Part shown: positions 36,486-49,665 of the stretch, piece after piece
How the letters are laid out: every line of letters begins with the position of its first letter
Position numbering within the stretch: position 1 is the stretch's first letter
Origin: Selaginella moellendorffii
Lineage: Eukaryota > Plantae > Lycopodiophyta
Assembly (NCBI RefSeq): GCF_000143415.4
Contig: NW_003314298.1
Location: 248,001-312,000 of the forward strand
Reading direction: 5' to 3'
DNA length: 64,000 bases
The notes under the pieces: generated by a model
The model's input: the letters and a program-made list of their open reading frames with translations, nothing else
Database searches by the model: none
Told to the model about the DNA's origin: nothing
Position numbers and translations under genes: made by a program

Positions 36486-37819
36486 GGTTCTAAAATTGAT
36501 ATCAAATAAAATCAAAATTTTAAAAATTATAAATTCTAGCTATTATGTTATAAAAGATTTTTAGAACCAAGAAACTATAACTCCAAAAATCCTTAAGTTA
36601 ATGACATTTTGAAACTTAAATAAAAATTCCTAGTAAAGAAGACTAATTTGTAAAAACAACAAATATATGGTTTCTGTATAAACTCTATATATACTGTATT
36701 TTCATCTCTGTTATATACTATAGACAGTCTATACATATTTATAAAGTTAACACCAAAAACCAAGAAATATATTATCTTTAGTTCTAAATAATATGAAAAT
36801 TCAAAATTTAAAGAAAGCACAAAAACAAATTATTTGTTTAGCATTAAAAATGAGGCTAGTTGATAGCATTCGCAAGAGCTATTAATAAACTTTGACAGAA
36901 TTTCGAACCAAAGAAATGGCTATTTGTTCCAAACCCTGATCTAAGCTCTCATTATCAAAAACCATCCCCATGATTTGTAAGTGAAAATAAAGCCACTTGA
37001 CTAAGTACCTGCTGGAAGCCCTCACAAGTATCATTTGGCTGGAAGTTGTGCTTTGCATCCTTTGAACAACAATATCGAGAAAATGGGGATATATATTGCA
37101 AAAACAAAAACAGAGGAATTCTTAATTTATTCTTGGGGTACCCAAACACGTTCCCCGCCCATCCGCCCTTATTAAACCGATCTGTTGATGAAGCAGCCTC
37201 CAAATCATTGCACTACAAACAGGTTCTTCCAGTCCTTCATGCAAATCCACATACCGCCTCTGACTGACCACCGTACCATATATGCACGTCAAAATCGAAG
37301 AAGACATGAAGAAGTAACCTCAAGCCGCTACCAACAGATGGCTGAAGTTCACTTGTTTTCCTCCTCCGATGATAGCAACAAGCAGATTGCAATAACGAAG
37401 TGAAAACCATGTTGCATGTTAAGTACCTGTTCACCAAAAGAAACACGAGCTCGAAATCCGAAATGTCACAGCATCACGTCAAAGCCCAGGCTGTGTGCTA
37501 CAGGTTGAAAGCAGAAACAGTCCAATTCGCTGCGCCAATCAGAAGATAACGCTGAGCCCGTGAAGACATGTTCTCGCTGCAGGTGCCACCCAAACAAACT
37601 TGATGGCAGCAGCTGCATCCAACGGCAGAAGCGTACAAAAATGGTCACATATGCAAGACACAGATCTGCAGAAACCAAAACATGTCGAAATTTTCGAAAA
37701 CGTTGCTCGACCCAGAAGATATCCAGGAGACCGGGCACAGTACGCAGCTCGGCAGTAACATAACATAACTTCTGCACCAGGTGTCGAAATTGACCAAATA
37801 AAGGCACCCAGCGTGATGA

Positions 37820-38468
37820 AGAAGAAGGAGTTCCCAGGTAGGGCGAGCACATTCCCACCCAGAATGGGCGAGCCGGGCATTAGCCCGGCAAGCATGTTCT
37901 GGAGGGAACGTGTGAGCCCGTGCCTGAGAACGACACGTGGAAGAATGTTATTCAAGGATGAGAGGGTTCTCCAGAATTGGCAGCTGGTAGCCTAGTTCTC
38001 CAGAATGGCAGCTGGCAGCTAAGTTCTGGAGAACTTGGCAGTTGTCAACCACGTTCTCGCAGAGAACTTGACTCGATCCGACGGCTGCCAACGGTTGGAT
38101 CAAGTTAACGGGTGAGCCATAGCCCATTAAGAAGGAGTTCCTGGGTAGGGCGAGCACGTTCCCGCCCAGAACGGGCGAGCTGGGCATTAGCCCGGTGAGC
38201 ACGTTCTGGAGGAAACGTGCGAGCCCGTGCCTGGGAACGACCTTAACGAGCTGTGGTGAAACCATTAACAGACACATGGAAGAATGTTATTCGAGGATGA
38301 GAGGGTTCTCTAGAATTGGCAGCTGGTAGGCTAGTTCTCCAGAACCTGGCAGCTGGCAGCTAGGTTCTAGAGAACCTGGCAGTTGTCAGCCACATTCTCG
38401 CAGAGAACTTGACTCGATCCGACGGCTGCCAACAGTTGGATCAAGTTAACAAGTGAGCCACAGCCTGT
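37820..38468. repeat. Tandem duplication of a ~310-340 bp unit rich in short inverted repeats
   Basis: aagaaggagttcc... at ~37822 and ~38128; gaagaatgttattc...gtgagcca repeated. Confidence 0.85.
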
Positions 38469-38899
38469 TAAGAATCATGTCGATGCACACTCGCAAAGAA
38501 AATCCAACCACTCGCAACATGTGGTCGCCAAATTGAAGCAAAAGTATGAATAACCTCCCGAAAGCCGTTGGTGTGAGTGAGCAGAGTATACCTGCCATAT
38601 CCTCACAGCAGCATATCCTCACAGCAGCATATCCTCACGAATAAGGTCGCAAAAAGCACATAAACCATAAAAGGCTCCCTTGCTGCAGATGCCGCCTAAA
38701 AAAAGATGGCAACACAAAGGCTAAATCAGGACAAAAGATTATAGATGCTTTCCAGGTGAGGTCGAAAGAAATGAAAGTTTCATCATATCTATGAGAAAAA
38801 CGTGAGCCCATCCACTACACGCAGATCCACATAGGCAACACAATATCTCCTACATCCAATGTCGAAACTGACCAAGTGGGATAACAACAGTGCTACAAC

Positions 38900-39425
38900 T
38901 CCCATCATCGTCCACCTACGGAGTACAAAGTGGATGATTTGGTGTTAATCTGTTTTCCCCATCTTATGGTACGTGGTTTATCTAAAGGGCTCCTTGCTTA
39001 GTGGAAAGGACTATATCAGGTGTTGCGGCAAGTTGGACCGCAAGTTTATGAAGTTTGGCATAATGTCCAATAGGCCGATCCTCCAAAAATTGTGTATGTG
39101 CAGTGGTTGAAACGCTTTATACAAAGGGATTAGGAACAATTGATACCACCTATAGATCCATTAATGCCTCCTTCTGATGTTCCTCTAGATCCCAGCCCAT
39201 CTACAAGAGAACTTGATGGGCTTCCATTATTCCGAGAGGAGGGGATGATGTGAGGTCCAAGTGTACAATTACGATGTCATATACTAATATTAACATAATG
39301 GGATTTTGGTAGCTGTCAGATTAATTTCAATCTAGACCACTTGCTCTTGTATATAAATTAGGGTTTTTGGGGTAATTGATATGCACATTTTTTGTATTCC
39401 CTTTCCATATTCCATACACTCATAG
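38900..39425 (+). mobile_element. 3' end of a gypsy element (integrase C-terminus, PPT, partial 3' LTR)
   Basis: YKVDDLVLI...WKGLYQVLRQVGPQVYEV; PPT gagaggagggga followed by TG. Confidence 0.7.
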
Positions 39426-39609
39426 AATTAGTCTAAAGTTTGGTGTATAATGGATTTAGTTAATGTATGTAATATTTTTATCATTGAAAAAATTAGTAAG
39501 AGGTTATATAATCTATAGTTTTGTTGATGGATATAAAACCTTTTTATTAAAATGAAGCTAATAATTAATAATATCTTATAAAAATTACTTAATACTATTA
39601 TACCTAATG

Positions 39610-39674
39610 CTTATATATATATACATATATATACATATATACATATACATACATATATATATATATATACATAC

Positions 39675-39763
<89 letters not shown>

Positions 39764-40015
39764 NNNNNNNNNNNNNNNNNNNNNNNNNNNNNNNNNNNNN
39801 NNNNNNNNNNNNNNNNNNNNNNNNNNNNNNNNNNNNNNNNNNNNNNNNNNNNNNNNNNNNNNNNNNNNNNNNNNNNNNNNNNNNNNNNNNNNNNNNNNNN
39901 NNNNNNNNNNNNNNNNNNNNNNNNNNNNNNNNNNNNNNNNNNNTATATACATATACATACATATATATATGTACATATGTATATGTATATGTATATGTAT
40001 ATATATGTATGTATT
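39610..40015. repeat. (TA)n/(TACA) microsatellite spanning an assembly gap (N 39764-39943)
   Basis: Directly visible. Confidence 0.98.
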
Positions 40016-40346
40016 CAATTTTTTAGACTTATTAATGTATCTAAATAAAAAGCTTCTATGATACTTTGGACTTCCATAATAATAAAAAAAAGCAAAATTT
40101 CATTCTATCTATATAGCCACAACATTTATGTAATTTTTATTTAAAATATTTTTTTCATTCATTATTAAGTTTCTATACATATTTGTATATACATATTTAT
40201 ATATAATCTTTATAAGCATAAGCTCTGTTATTTTATTAGCTTTCACATAATAATCTATTGATCCGATGGCTGTCGTTGGTTGAACGGTGACGATTGTTTC
40301 AAAAGACCTAATGTAAGGGTTTTCACGGAGGGTTAAGTTCAAGCTA

Positions 40347-40789
40347 TGGACGCCTCTTCATCTAGAAAGCGTGGGCAAGAGCCGGATGAAGAGGGAGAGC
40401 AGGAGGAGAAAAAGCGACTTAAAAGACGTGAGCTTGCTCGTGTGATCGTCTGGGGGCGGCAGTTGGGGAAATTGCAGAACTTGAATACCAATTGTGGAAA
40501 GCCGGGGAGGATGCCGAACTAAAGGAGCAGCTAGCCTCAGAGAAAGTGCGGGCGAGGGGACTCGAGGTGGATAAGTTGAAACTGGAACGCGAGCTCTCTG
40601 AAATCCTCCAGCCGCCACCTGAATCCTTGAAAAGAGTGGAGGGTCAACATGTCTCTGGATTCTACTGCAGACATGAGGAAACTAGAAGAGGATCAAAAGA
40701 CGTATGCACGTAGAATGTTTGGATGGGTTAAGAACACGGCAATGTGCAAGTGTTTGGAGCCAAAGCTCAGTGTGAAAAAGAGTAAGTAA
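40347..40789 (+). pseudogene. Internally deleted copy C of the Crinkler-like gene
   Basis: 5' end matches 41632-41934, then jumps to sequence matching ~44502-44646. Upstream 40017-40346 duplicates 41304-41631. Confidence 0.85.
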
Positions 40790-41631
40790 AACTTCATAGT
40801 TTGTTCTGTCCACAATCAATCTGAGAATTTTTCTGAGGCAAAGCAGTGACCGCACCATCTCATTTCTTTGCCTACATTGCAGCTTTTGGTCACTTTGCAC
40901 TTTTGACTGTTCTAGAACGTCCTTATGTGTGTGGCCAGAAGAGAGATGCTACAGTCTGAGAAAGCTGGTTCTTATGTACAGTTTGAAAATCGGTCAGTTT
41001 CGACATCGGATGTAGGAGATATTGCGTGGCCTATGCGGATCTGCGCGCAGTGGATGGGCTCAGGGGAGCATCTGCATCTGCAGCAGGGGAGCCTTTTATG
41101 GTTTATGTGCTTTTTGCGACCTTATTCGTGAGGATATGCTGCTGTGAGGTCTCTAGGTTTCGTGTGTATACTCTGCTCACTCACACCAACGGCTTCTTCA
41201 TACTTTTGCTTCACCGCATGTTGCGAGTGGCTGGATTTTCTTCGCGCGTGTGCATCGACGTGATTCTTCTAAAGATATATTAGCTTAATAAAAAATAAAA
41301 CTCAGTTTTTTTAGACATATTAATGTATCGAAATAAATTAGCTTCTATGATACTTTGGATTTCCACAATGATAAATTCTATCTATATAGCCACAACATTT
41401 ATGTAATTTTTATTTAAAATATTTTTTTCATTCATTAATAAGTTTCTATACATATTTTTATATACATATTTATATAGAACTTTAACTCCATAATCTTTAT
41501 AAGTATAAGCTCTATTATTTTATTAGCATAATTTATTGATCCGACGGCTGTCGTTGGTTGAACGGTGACGATTGTTTCAAAAGACCTAATGTTAGGGTTT
41601 TTTAAGGTCTTTGTAGGGTTAAGTTCAAGCT

Positions 41632-44600
41632 ATGGACGCCTCTTCAGCTAGAAAGCGTGGGCGAGAGCCGAATGAAGAGGAAGAGCAGGAGGAGAAAAAG
41701 CGACTTAAAGTAGGTGAGATTGCTCGTGTGCAATTTCGTCTGCAGGAGGCACTTATGGAAATTGCACGCCTTAACTTGAAATCGTGGGAAGCCGGGGAGG
41801 ATGCCGAACTAAAGGAGCAGATAGCCTCAGAGAGAGTGCGGGCGAGTCAACTCCAGGAGGATGAGTGGAGACTGGAACGCGAGCTCTCTGAAATCCTCCA
41901 GCCGCCACCTGAATACTTGAAAAGAGTGGAGGGTATTGCCGAATCAGCATTTGCGCAGGAGTACCAAAGAGTTGGGGGATTAGACAACGTGGAGTTGTTG
42001 CGTGAGAAGCTGGAAGAAACAGGAGACATGTGGAAGACGGAGAAACTCATGATAGCACCTGTTGTCACGTTAGTTCAGTCGAGTGGCTGGGGAAAGTCGA
42101 GGACTACCTGCGAGCTTGCGAATTTAGGTGTGTTCGTCATCTACTGCTCATTCGCTTCATCTGGCACCGCGTACCCTCCAAGGTCTGCCTTTGCGGACTT
42201 CTTCTACACAAACGGTGTCAAATTGCTCAGCTCGGGTCCTACGCTTTTGTCGCAGAGCAGGTTCATGCTCTTCTGCATTGACTACTTTGTGTCATGCATC
42301 GAGGCTCTTCTGCAGCTGACTTCCGGGGAGGACCCCATGGATGCCAAGAAGTTCTTGAACGATCTCATGGTTGGGGAGAACTTTTGGGGACTGGTACAGG
42401 CGAAGATGGAGATAGGAAACGAAGCACGGGAGGAGTTTGCTAAGCGCCTTGACGTCGGCCTGAAAGAGAAGCCTGGTGAGAACACCAATATCTGGGGCAT
42501 CTGGGAAAGTAAGGTGTTTAAGAAGTAGAACACGCTTGAAGGTCTACTGAAGAATGTTCCAGCTCCTGCCAAAGGAAAACTGAAGGTCCTGTTTGTCATG
42601 GACGAAGCCCGATGGTTTGCTTCGCATGCTGATCCGACAACTGTTGCTGCATTTGTTCCTGCAAGGAGAGCTTCCAGGGTGTTGCCTGAAAGTGGAAGTG
42701 TGTCGGTGATGTTCACCGACACAGACGGGAGGCTAAACAATTTTGCGCCGCCCAATAAGGCATCCGGTTTACGGTTTAGTAGCGATCGAGTGGCTGCGGC
42801 GGGAATGCTAGTTGCACATCCAGCGTACTGCTTTTTCTTGGCAGACTTGCCATCGCACGAACAAACAGGTGACCTTCTGCTTGCTGAAGTTGAAGATCTG
42901 GGTCGTCTTTGCGGCTATGGTCGGCCACTGTGGCAAGCATTGGTGAAGGCTTCCGCAAGTGCAGGTGACGTGCTGCTTTTGGCTGCAGATAAGCTCCTGG
43001 GTGGCACTGGTTCGTTCAACAAGTTTTTGTTTGAAGGAGGAGGTCTATCAGATGAGGCTTCTCTGGCTACACTGGGCTGCAGAGTATGCATCAACATCAA
43101 TCCGCATGCCACAATTATCACTGATATGGTTGCAAGTCACCTACTTAGCGTGATGTCCATTTCTGATGACCGGACTCTTGTTTGGACGCATTGGGCTACG
43201 GAGCCACTGGTTGCAGCGGCTGCAGCACAGGTTTTGCGTGCACAAGGGAAGATTGGGAGGACAGGGTGGAAGGAGTGCTTGGAGGCACTTGTAACTGGGA
43301 TGAAGCGTGGATGGGTTGATCGAGGTTACAGGGGCGAGTTGGTTGCACGGGTGCTGCTACTACTTGCAGTGGATAGTCTAGGCAGAAATTCATGGAAGTG
43401 CTTTACTTTTGACGAGCTTTGCCATGGCTTAAGTGGGAAGTCGCTGTCCGATCTTATTAGAGAAGATAAGCAGAATTCAGCATCTCCAACCCCCAAAGCT
43501 CCAGGTGATGGAGAAGAAGTGCAGGTCGAAGTAAACATGCCGCCACCTCCGGCCTTGGCTTTGAAGCGTGGCACAAGGGGAAGCAAGGTTACAGTAAACA
43601 AAAAATTTCCGGGTCAGCCGCAGGTGGCTTCAGCGTCCCTGTCCAAAGCTCCAGGAGAAAAAGCGCAGGTCAAAGTAAACACACCGCCACCTGAGGTGAA
43701 GTCGCCATCTCCAACGCTGACGGCCTCGAAAGCTCCAGGTGGAAGTACGCACAATGCTGAAGGTGAAGGGGAAACAAAACAAGCAGATGGAAGTGGTAAA
43801 AAAGAAATCCACAGAAACATGGGTGCAGCCACGTTTTTTTGCTTGCTATTCAGGAAAACCGACTTCCGACTGCAGGACCTCACCGCAAAAGATTTGCTTG
43901 AATTTGGAAAGGCTGGCGTAGGAATCATTTGCCGTGAAAATGAATGGGGCATAGACATCGTCATCGTTGGGTTCTTTGGTGACACGTTTAGCCTGGAGAC
44001 GATGACACTCATTTTGGTGCAGGTGAAACACACAGAGAAACTTGATGTTGATTTAGCATGTGCTAAATGCTCTCCGGAGTTTTCTCAGATGTTGAGTAGC
44101 AGTGCAGGGCCTCAAGGTTGGACTGGGTTGAAGGTGCCATACGCCAGTCTGGTTTTGAATGTGGCCCATGTGCCTTCCAGCAGTGTTCGTTACAGAACTA
44201 GGAAACTTGTCACAGAAGCATTGCTGAAGAAGACGCCTGCAAATCAGTCCATGGCAATGGCTCTCCATGACGCTCATCCGGAATGCAAAGGCCTTCAGGG
44301 ATGGACAGAAGGCTATGATGGGGATAGATCACACCCGGTCTTCAAGTCATGGGAACGGTATTTTGCTTCAGATGATCGTCTCCAACACATTGTGGTCATT
44401 CAAGGTACGTTTGTGCTGTTTCATTTTCAATCACTTGATGTTATCTTTTGCTCTCCAGGTTTGGATGCATTCTCATCCAAGGACGAAGTGAAAGACCTGG
44501 TCGACATCTCTCTGGATTCTACTGCAGACATGAGGAAACTAGAACAAGTTCAGAAGACGTATGCACATAAAATGTTCGGATGGGTTAAGAACACGGAAAT

Positions 44601-44718
44601 GCGCAAGTGTTTGGAGCCAAAGCTCAGTGTGAAAAAGAGTAAGTAAAACTGAGAATTTTTTTGAGAAATAATCTGAAATTCTTTCTCCATTGCAGAGGTG
44701 CAGATGGAATTATCTTAG
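41632..44718 (+). pseudogene. Crinkler-like P-loop NTPase + PD-(D/E)xK (REase) protein, copy B, with one in-frame TAG
   Basis: ORFs 41632-42528 and 42598-44646 are in the same frame. Walker A VQSSGWGKSR, Walker B LFVMDEAR, GRPLW, GYRGELVARVLLL, GIDIVI...VQVK. Confidence 0.75.
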
Positions 44719-44736
44719 GTGGTGAGATTTAAGAGA

Positions 44737-46482
44737 TGTTTGTTAGCACACCAAGCCTCCCCAAAGCATACTCAAGGTCAAGAGCTTGTCCAAAGGGCCA
44801 ATGTCATACTGTACTGATCTGGCATATGCAATAGAAACTTTGTTGCACCTAGCTGGAGTAATAGCTTTTCTTTGTCCTTGTCCCTGAAGCTAATATAACG
44901 CTTAACTGTGAGAAGGTTATATATCTTAAATAGAGAAAGATATTTTTGTGGACAATATTTTTGTGTCATGCTAAGGGCAAAGACAAAAATGTTTACCTCA
45001 AATCCAGTTGATTCACTTCATCTGTGCTTTTTCTTGGCAAGTTTCCTGAGTCTCTCCTAGTGGTGGTGACTATGGACAAGCTTGTCATTGAGGCTACTCT
45101 TGTGCTGGTTCTTTGCCTTCGTGTTTGCAAGATTGGATATCTCAATGATGGTATCCTGTGGTGTTAATCCCTTCATGATTTAGAAGTATTGCATTGAGAA
45201 TTTTGCCTACATCTCCTTCGTGTATATTAGGTCAGAAGAGATCTCTTGCATTGCTTTTGTTAAGTGCTGCCTATAAATGACAATGAATTTGATTGTTGGA
45301 TTTTTTGTTGTTTCCTTGTCTATCCTTTTGACAAATGTCTAACCATCCTCGTCCATAGTGATTGGGATTGCATCACCTAGATCCACTAAGTTCTCCTATA
45401 CAAATCAGCTCCTTGAGGGTTTTCACCCATCGTGGACAAAGAGTGTAGTGATTGTAGTCTGTGTCAATGATGTACCGAGACACTGGGAGTTTCTAAATTG
45501 TTTGATTGTTGAAGTAGTAGTGCTTGTACCTCAACAAGGGTGTCCCATCTGTCCTGTCAACACTAGTCTTTTTTTTCACCCCCATTGTTGTAATTGTGCT
45601 GTTGTATTTCATCCTTTTTCTCCTCTCTTTGGAGTCTTCATTTCTACCATCTCTTGATTTATTTATTGCATGACACTTTTTCTTTTTGCTTTGTATGGAG
45701 GTTTTTGTCCCTGCACTATTGCTTACAACCTTGCTCCAAAGTTCACATCTAACCCTCTTTTGTGGTGGTTCATCATCATCTTCTTCTTTTTTTCATGATG
45801 AGGAAGGCCTCTTGTCTTGAATTTCATCACTACTCTTGTCACTTTCTGTCTCACTATTATCCTCTTCATTATCATTGTGTTGTACCTTATCTTTCGCTTA
45901 GATGTCATCATCTCTTTTGTCTTAATCGTCCTCACTCTCTTGATCATTAGACATTGATGTTAATGAGGATGTATTGCTTAAGGTATGTTTATCGTCAACA
46001 ACTTAATCTACCTTATGTCCATCATTTGGATTGTAGTTGGAGAGGTCATGGAATGGAGGCTCTGATTCTTCTATTTCTCTTTGATCAAAAAGTCTCTCAA
46101 TAAGAATCCTATTGTTGCAACAACAATGCCCTTAACAAGGTTAGTCTATCCTTGAGGGTTCCATAATCAGTGAAGGTTGTATGGATTCTTTTCTCTGTAG
46201 ACTGTATTGTAGTTGATGGAATAAACTCTGAGTCTTGAACAATATTTTTAATGAATGTCTTTTGAAGCTCTATAAATGGCCCTCCTTCTCTGTTCATGTC
46301 TTTGTCAGGAATCTCCTCTTTTTTTATCACAATCTAAACTATTGGACTATTTGGGTTGGTAAGATCCACCAACACTAGATCATTGTCTTGTATCTCCAAT
46401 GTCCACTTTTGTGGTAGTGTGGAGTTGTAGCCTCTTTTCACTCTGATGGACTCATGTAGAAGTGTTTTAGATTGTTGGGCCT
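44737..46482 (-). pseudogene. ParB-like gene #4, diverged homolog of ParB #1
   Basis: Manual translation: DYNHYTLCPRWVKTLKE / DLGDAIP / IKFIVIYRQHLTKAMQEI (45241-45295) / IMKGLTPQDTIIEIS aligns with #1 KYNHKLVSDEWVEKLKQ / DIADVIP / IRFYAVSGQHSSLAMQEI / LIKGNSPLRSIIYIS. Confidence 0.75.
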
Positions 46483-46544
46483 AGAAACACAAAAGAACTT
46501 ATTAGAATTACTTAAAATATTTTTGAAATGGGAGAGAATGGTTC

Positions 46545-49500
46545 TTAGTGTGAGGCCTCACGCTAAGTGAAAGGGGTAATGGGTAATTCTATAAGAGGTT
46601 AATAGCATGAAGCTTCAAGAATGGATGGGGTGTATGAAAGGGGTAGTGGAGGTAATTCTATAGGAGGTTATTAGTATAAGGCCTCACACTTAAGAATGGA
46701 TGGGGTGTGTTTGCCGATTCCTTGATTATTATAATCTTACTTGCCCATTCATCCTATGGACAGACATTTGAGCAAGATTACCATCAAAAAACAAGACAAA
46801 CCAAAATCCTTTTAGCACTTTAGCATGAGGCCTCACACTAATCCTTAAGCATGAGTCTAGTCACAACGTGTTGATGGAGGTTACTAGTATGAGGTCTCAC
46901 ACTTAGAATTGCTTGTGATATTTTTCCCAGTTTCTTGATGACAATCTTATTCACTTGTGCAATAAACATGCATGCAAAGGAGATTGCTATCGAGAAACTA
47001 GGCTAGAGGAGGTGGGTGGGCTTTTTTTCTTTACGTGAGGCCTCACGCTAAGGTTTTTGTATGAGGTTGGACACCATCTATTTGCAGATTGGATTAAAGT
47101 ATTATGGAAGGATGAAGTCATTTTCTTGGCATGAGGCTTTATGCTATTCATTTATATGCATTTGTTTCTAGGTGTCTAAGTGAGTAATCTTACTTGCCAA
47201 TTCATCTTTTAGGTAAATGTTTTAACAAGATTGCTCCCCAAACACTTGCAAGATTGGGGAAACAATTAGAAGGTTGTATATTTAGATGTTTGCTTAACAT
47301 GAGACCTCACGCTAAGATTTTACATGAGGTCGGACACCATACTTTTGTGGGTGGGCTTTAGGTGTGCTGATGCAATGAAGGCTTTTCTTGGTATGAGGCC
47401 TCATGCTAAAGGCTTCACTAAAAGACTTAGTGCAAGGCCTTAAGTTAAAACATTGGTGCGAGGCCTCATGCTAAGGATTTTTTTTTTTTTTGGTGCTTTT
47501 GCTTTGGCTTTAGCATGAGGCCTCAGGCTTAGATTTTTCCCAGCTATTAGTTTCAGGAAAGGTAACTGGCTTTAGTGCGAGGCCTCACGCTAGATTTTTT
47601 CTGGCTATTGTTTCAGTAAAGGTGACTAGCTTTAAAACAAGGCCTCACACTTAGACTTTTTCATGGCAATAAGAAAGGTGATTAACTTTAGCACAAGGCC
47701 TCACACTTAGACATTTCCATGGCTATCGGTTTCAGGAGAAGTGACTGGCTTTGGTGTGAGGCCACATGCTTATGTCCAAGATAATGGCCTTAGCATGAAG
47801 TTGCATGTTAAATTTTGGTTTGGCGCAGGAGCTATTAAATTAATGTGAGGCCTCATGCTAAGCCTTTGAGTTTGGGTTGGAAAAGTCCCACACCAAGCTT
47901 GGCTTTGCATGTGAAATGGAAGTTGTGGTGAGGGTTAGGGTTTCTGAGAGGGGAGAGGGGAAGAGGGAGAGAAGAAAGAATTCACAATCTTTTGTTCGTG
48001 CTACCTTGTTTGCTCCTATTGTTGAAACCCTAAAAAATGATAACCTTAACCTTAAATCTCTCATTGACACATATGGGAATATTTTGCACTTGAAAATTCT
48101 TAATGCGACATCACATGCTAAAGTGTTGAACATGCCTGATGAAAATATTTTGAGTTTTATAATATAATATGCTTTTTAGATGTAAAAGTTTTACAATGTT
48201 GCACAATATTTTTTAGTTGTTATAAATTTTTTATTCTTTATTTTATCTCAGAAAACATTGTTGTAGTTTCCTCTTATGTCTTTTATAAAATTGCTATAGC
48301 AATTTTACTCTTTTTTCTCTTGTTTATCCATTTTATCTCTTTTTCTTCCATTTGTCAGAAAAATATATCTTTTGAATTTTGCTCCTTGTGTGTTGTTTAA
48401 TTTGTCATAAAAGTATAACTTTTGGAGTTCCTTCTTTTTACTAAATTATTTCACTTGTCAATATTGTACAACTTTTGAATTTCCCTTGTTGTACCACATT
48501 ATTTGTTTGTTCTCACTTGTCAGTGTAGTATAATTTTTGAATTATCCTTTTTGGGCCATATTAATTATTTTAATTCAGTTGTCAAAATTATAGAACTTTT
48601 GAATTTCCCTCACTTTGGGCTTATTTAGTTTTTTCTATTATCTAAGGTAGGAGTTCAACAGTGCATATTTCAAGTGGCAAGGCTTTGGATGTGGATTTTG
48701 TGGGTGCAGAAAATCGACAGATTTTCGTATGGCACTCATCAAAGTGGTGATTTATGTGAGTTTGCACATTTATTTTTGCTATTAAAACTAAATAGACATT
48801 GGGCTTTAATTCAGATTTTTTGAAAGTTTTTTAGTTTGACTTGACTATGATATGACATTTCAGCCACATCAATATTATTTCGCAATGGTAAGCTTTAATT
48901 AAATACTTTTTCTTTTTATTTCTTGGTGTGTGGCTTCGCACTTAGCTTGGCTCGTTCTTTAGAATCTTTTTTTTCATGTTTACTTGATATTTTTTTTGTT
49001 TAGTATGTAACCTCGTGCTAAACTCTTTTTGGAGTTGTTTGATAAAATAAGTTTTTCTTAATATGTGGCCTCACCCCAAGCTCATTGCTTTTACAATTGT
49101 TATGGTAAAATGTTTTTTGCTTAGCGAGAGATTTTGTGTTAAGTTTTTTGGGAGTTAATCTGTGGAAACATTTTTTGCTTAGCGTGTGGCCTTACACTAT
49201 ATAGAGTAAATATGAGGAAATGTTTTTTGCTTAGCATATGGACTTGTGCTATGTTTTTTTTGAAGTCAATTTGTGAAATTACTTTTTGCTTCGCATGAGG
49301 CCTTGTACTAAGCTTTTTCTAAGCTCAATCTTTAAAAATGTTTTTAGCTTAGCATATGGCCTTGCATTAAGCTTTTTCTTAGGTCAGTCTTTAAAAATGT
49401 TTTTAGCTTAGCGTGTGCATTTGCACTAAGTTTTTTCTAAAGTCATACAATGAAAATATTTTCTACTAAACGTGTGGCATCATATTAAAATTTTTCTAGA

Positions 49501-49665
49501 GTCATTTTGTGAAAATATTTTTTCCTTAGCGTGTGCCTTGTGCCAAGCTCATTTTTGAGTTATTTTTTAAGCTTATTTTGTAGTCATTATTTTTAAATTG
49601 CACAATCTCTGTTTAAAATCTCTTTTATCCTTGTGATTAAACTTGTTTTTGTGGCCTCATATTAA
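46545..49665. repeat. Array of ~25 variant 22-bp palindromes, consensus TTAGCRTG-AGGCCT-CAYGCTAA, partly in ~59-60 bp tandem units
   Basis: Examples at 46545, 46820, 47294, 47388, 47453, 47510, 47572 and 47840; ~59-bp periodicity over much of 49180-49550. Confidence 0.85.

Noticed and set aside
39585-40026. YI-repeat ORFs
   Set aside because: TA microsatellite plus N gap.
46545-49665. CRISPR-like array of palindromic repeats with spacers
   Set aside because: Eukaryotic context, no cas genes, degenerate repeats, and spacers are irregular or similar to each other.
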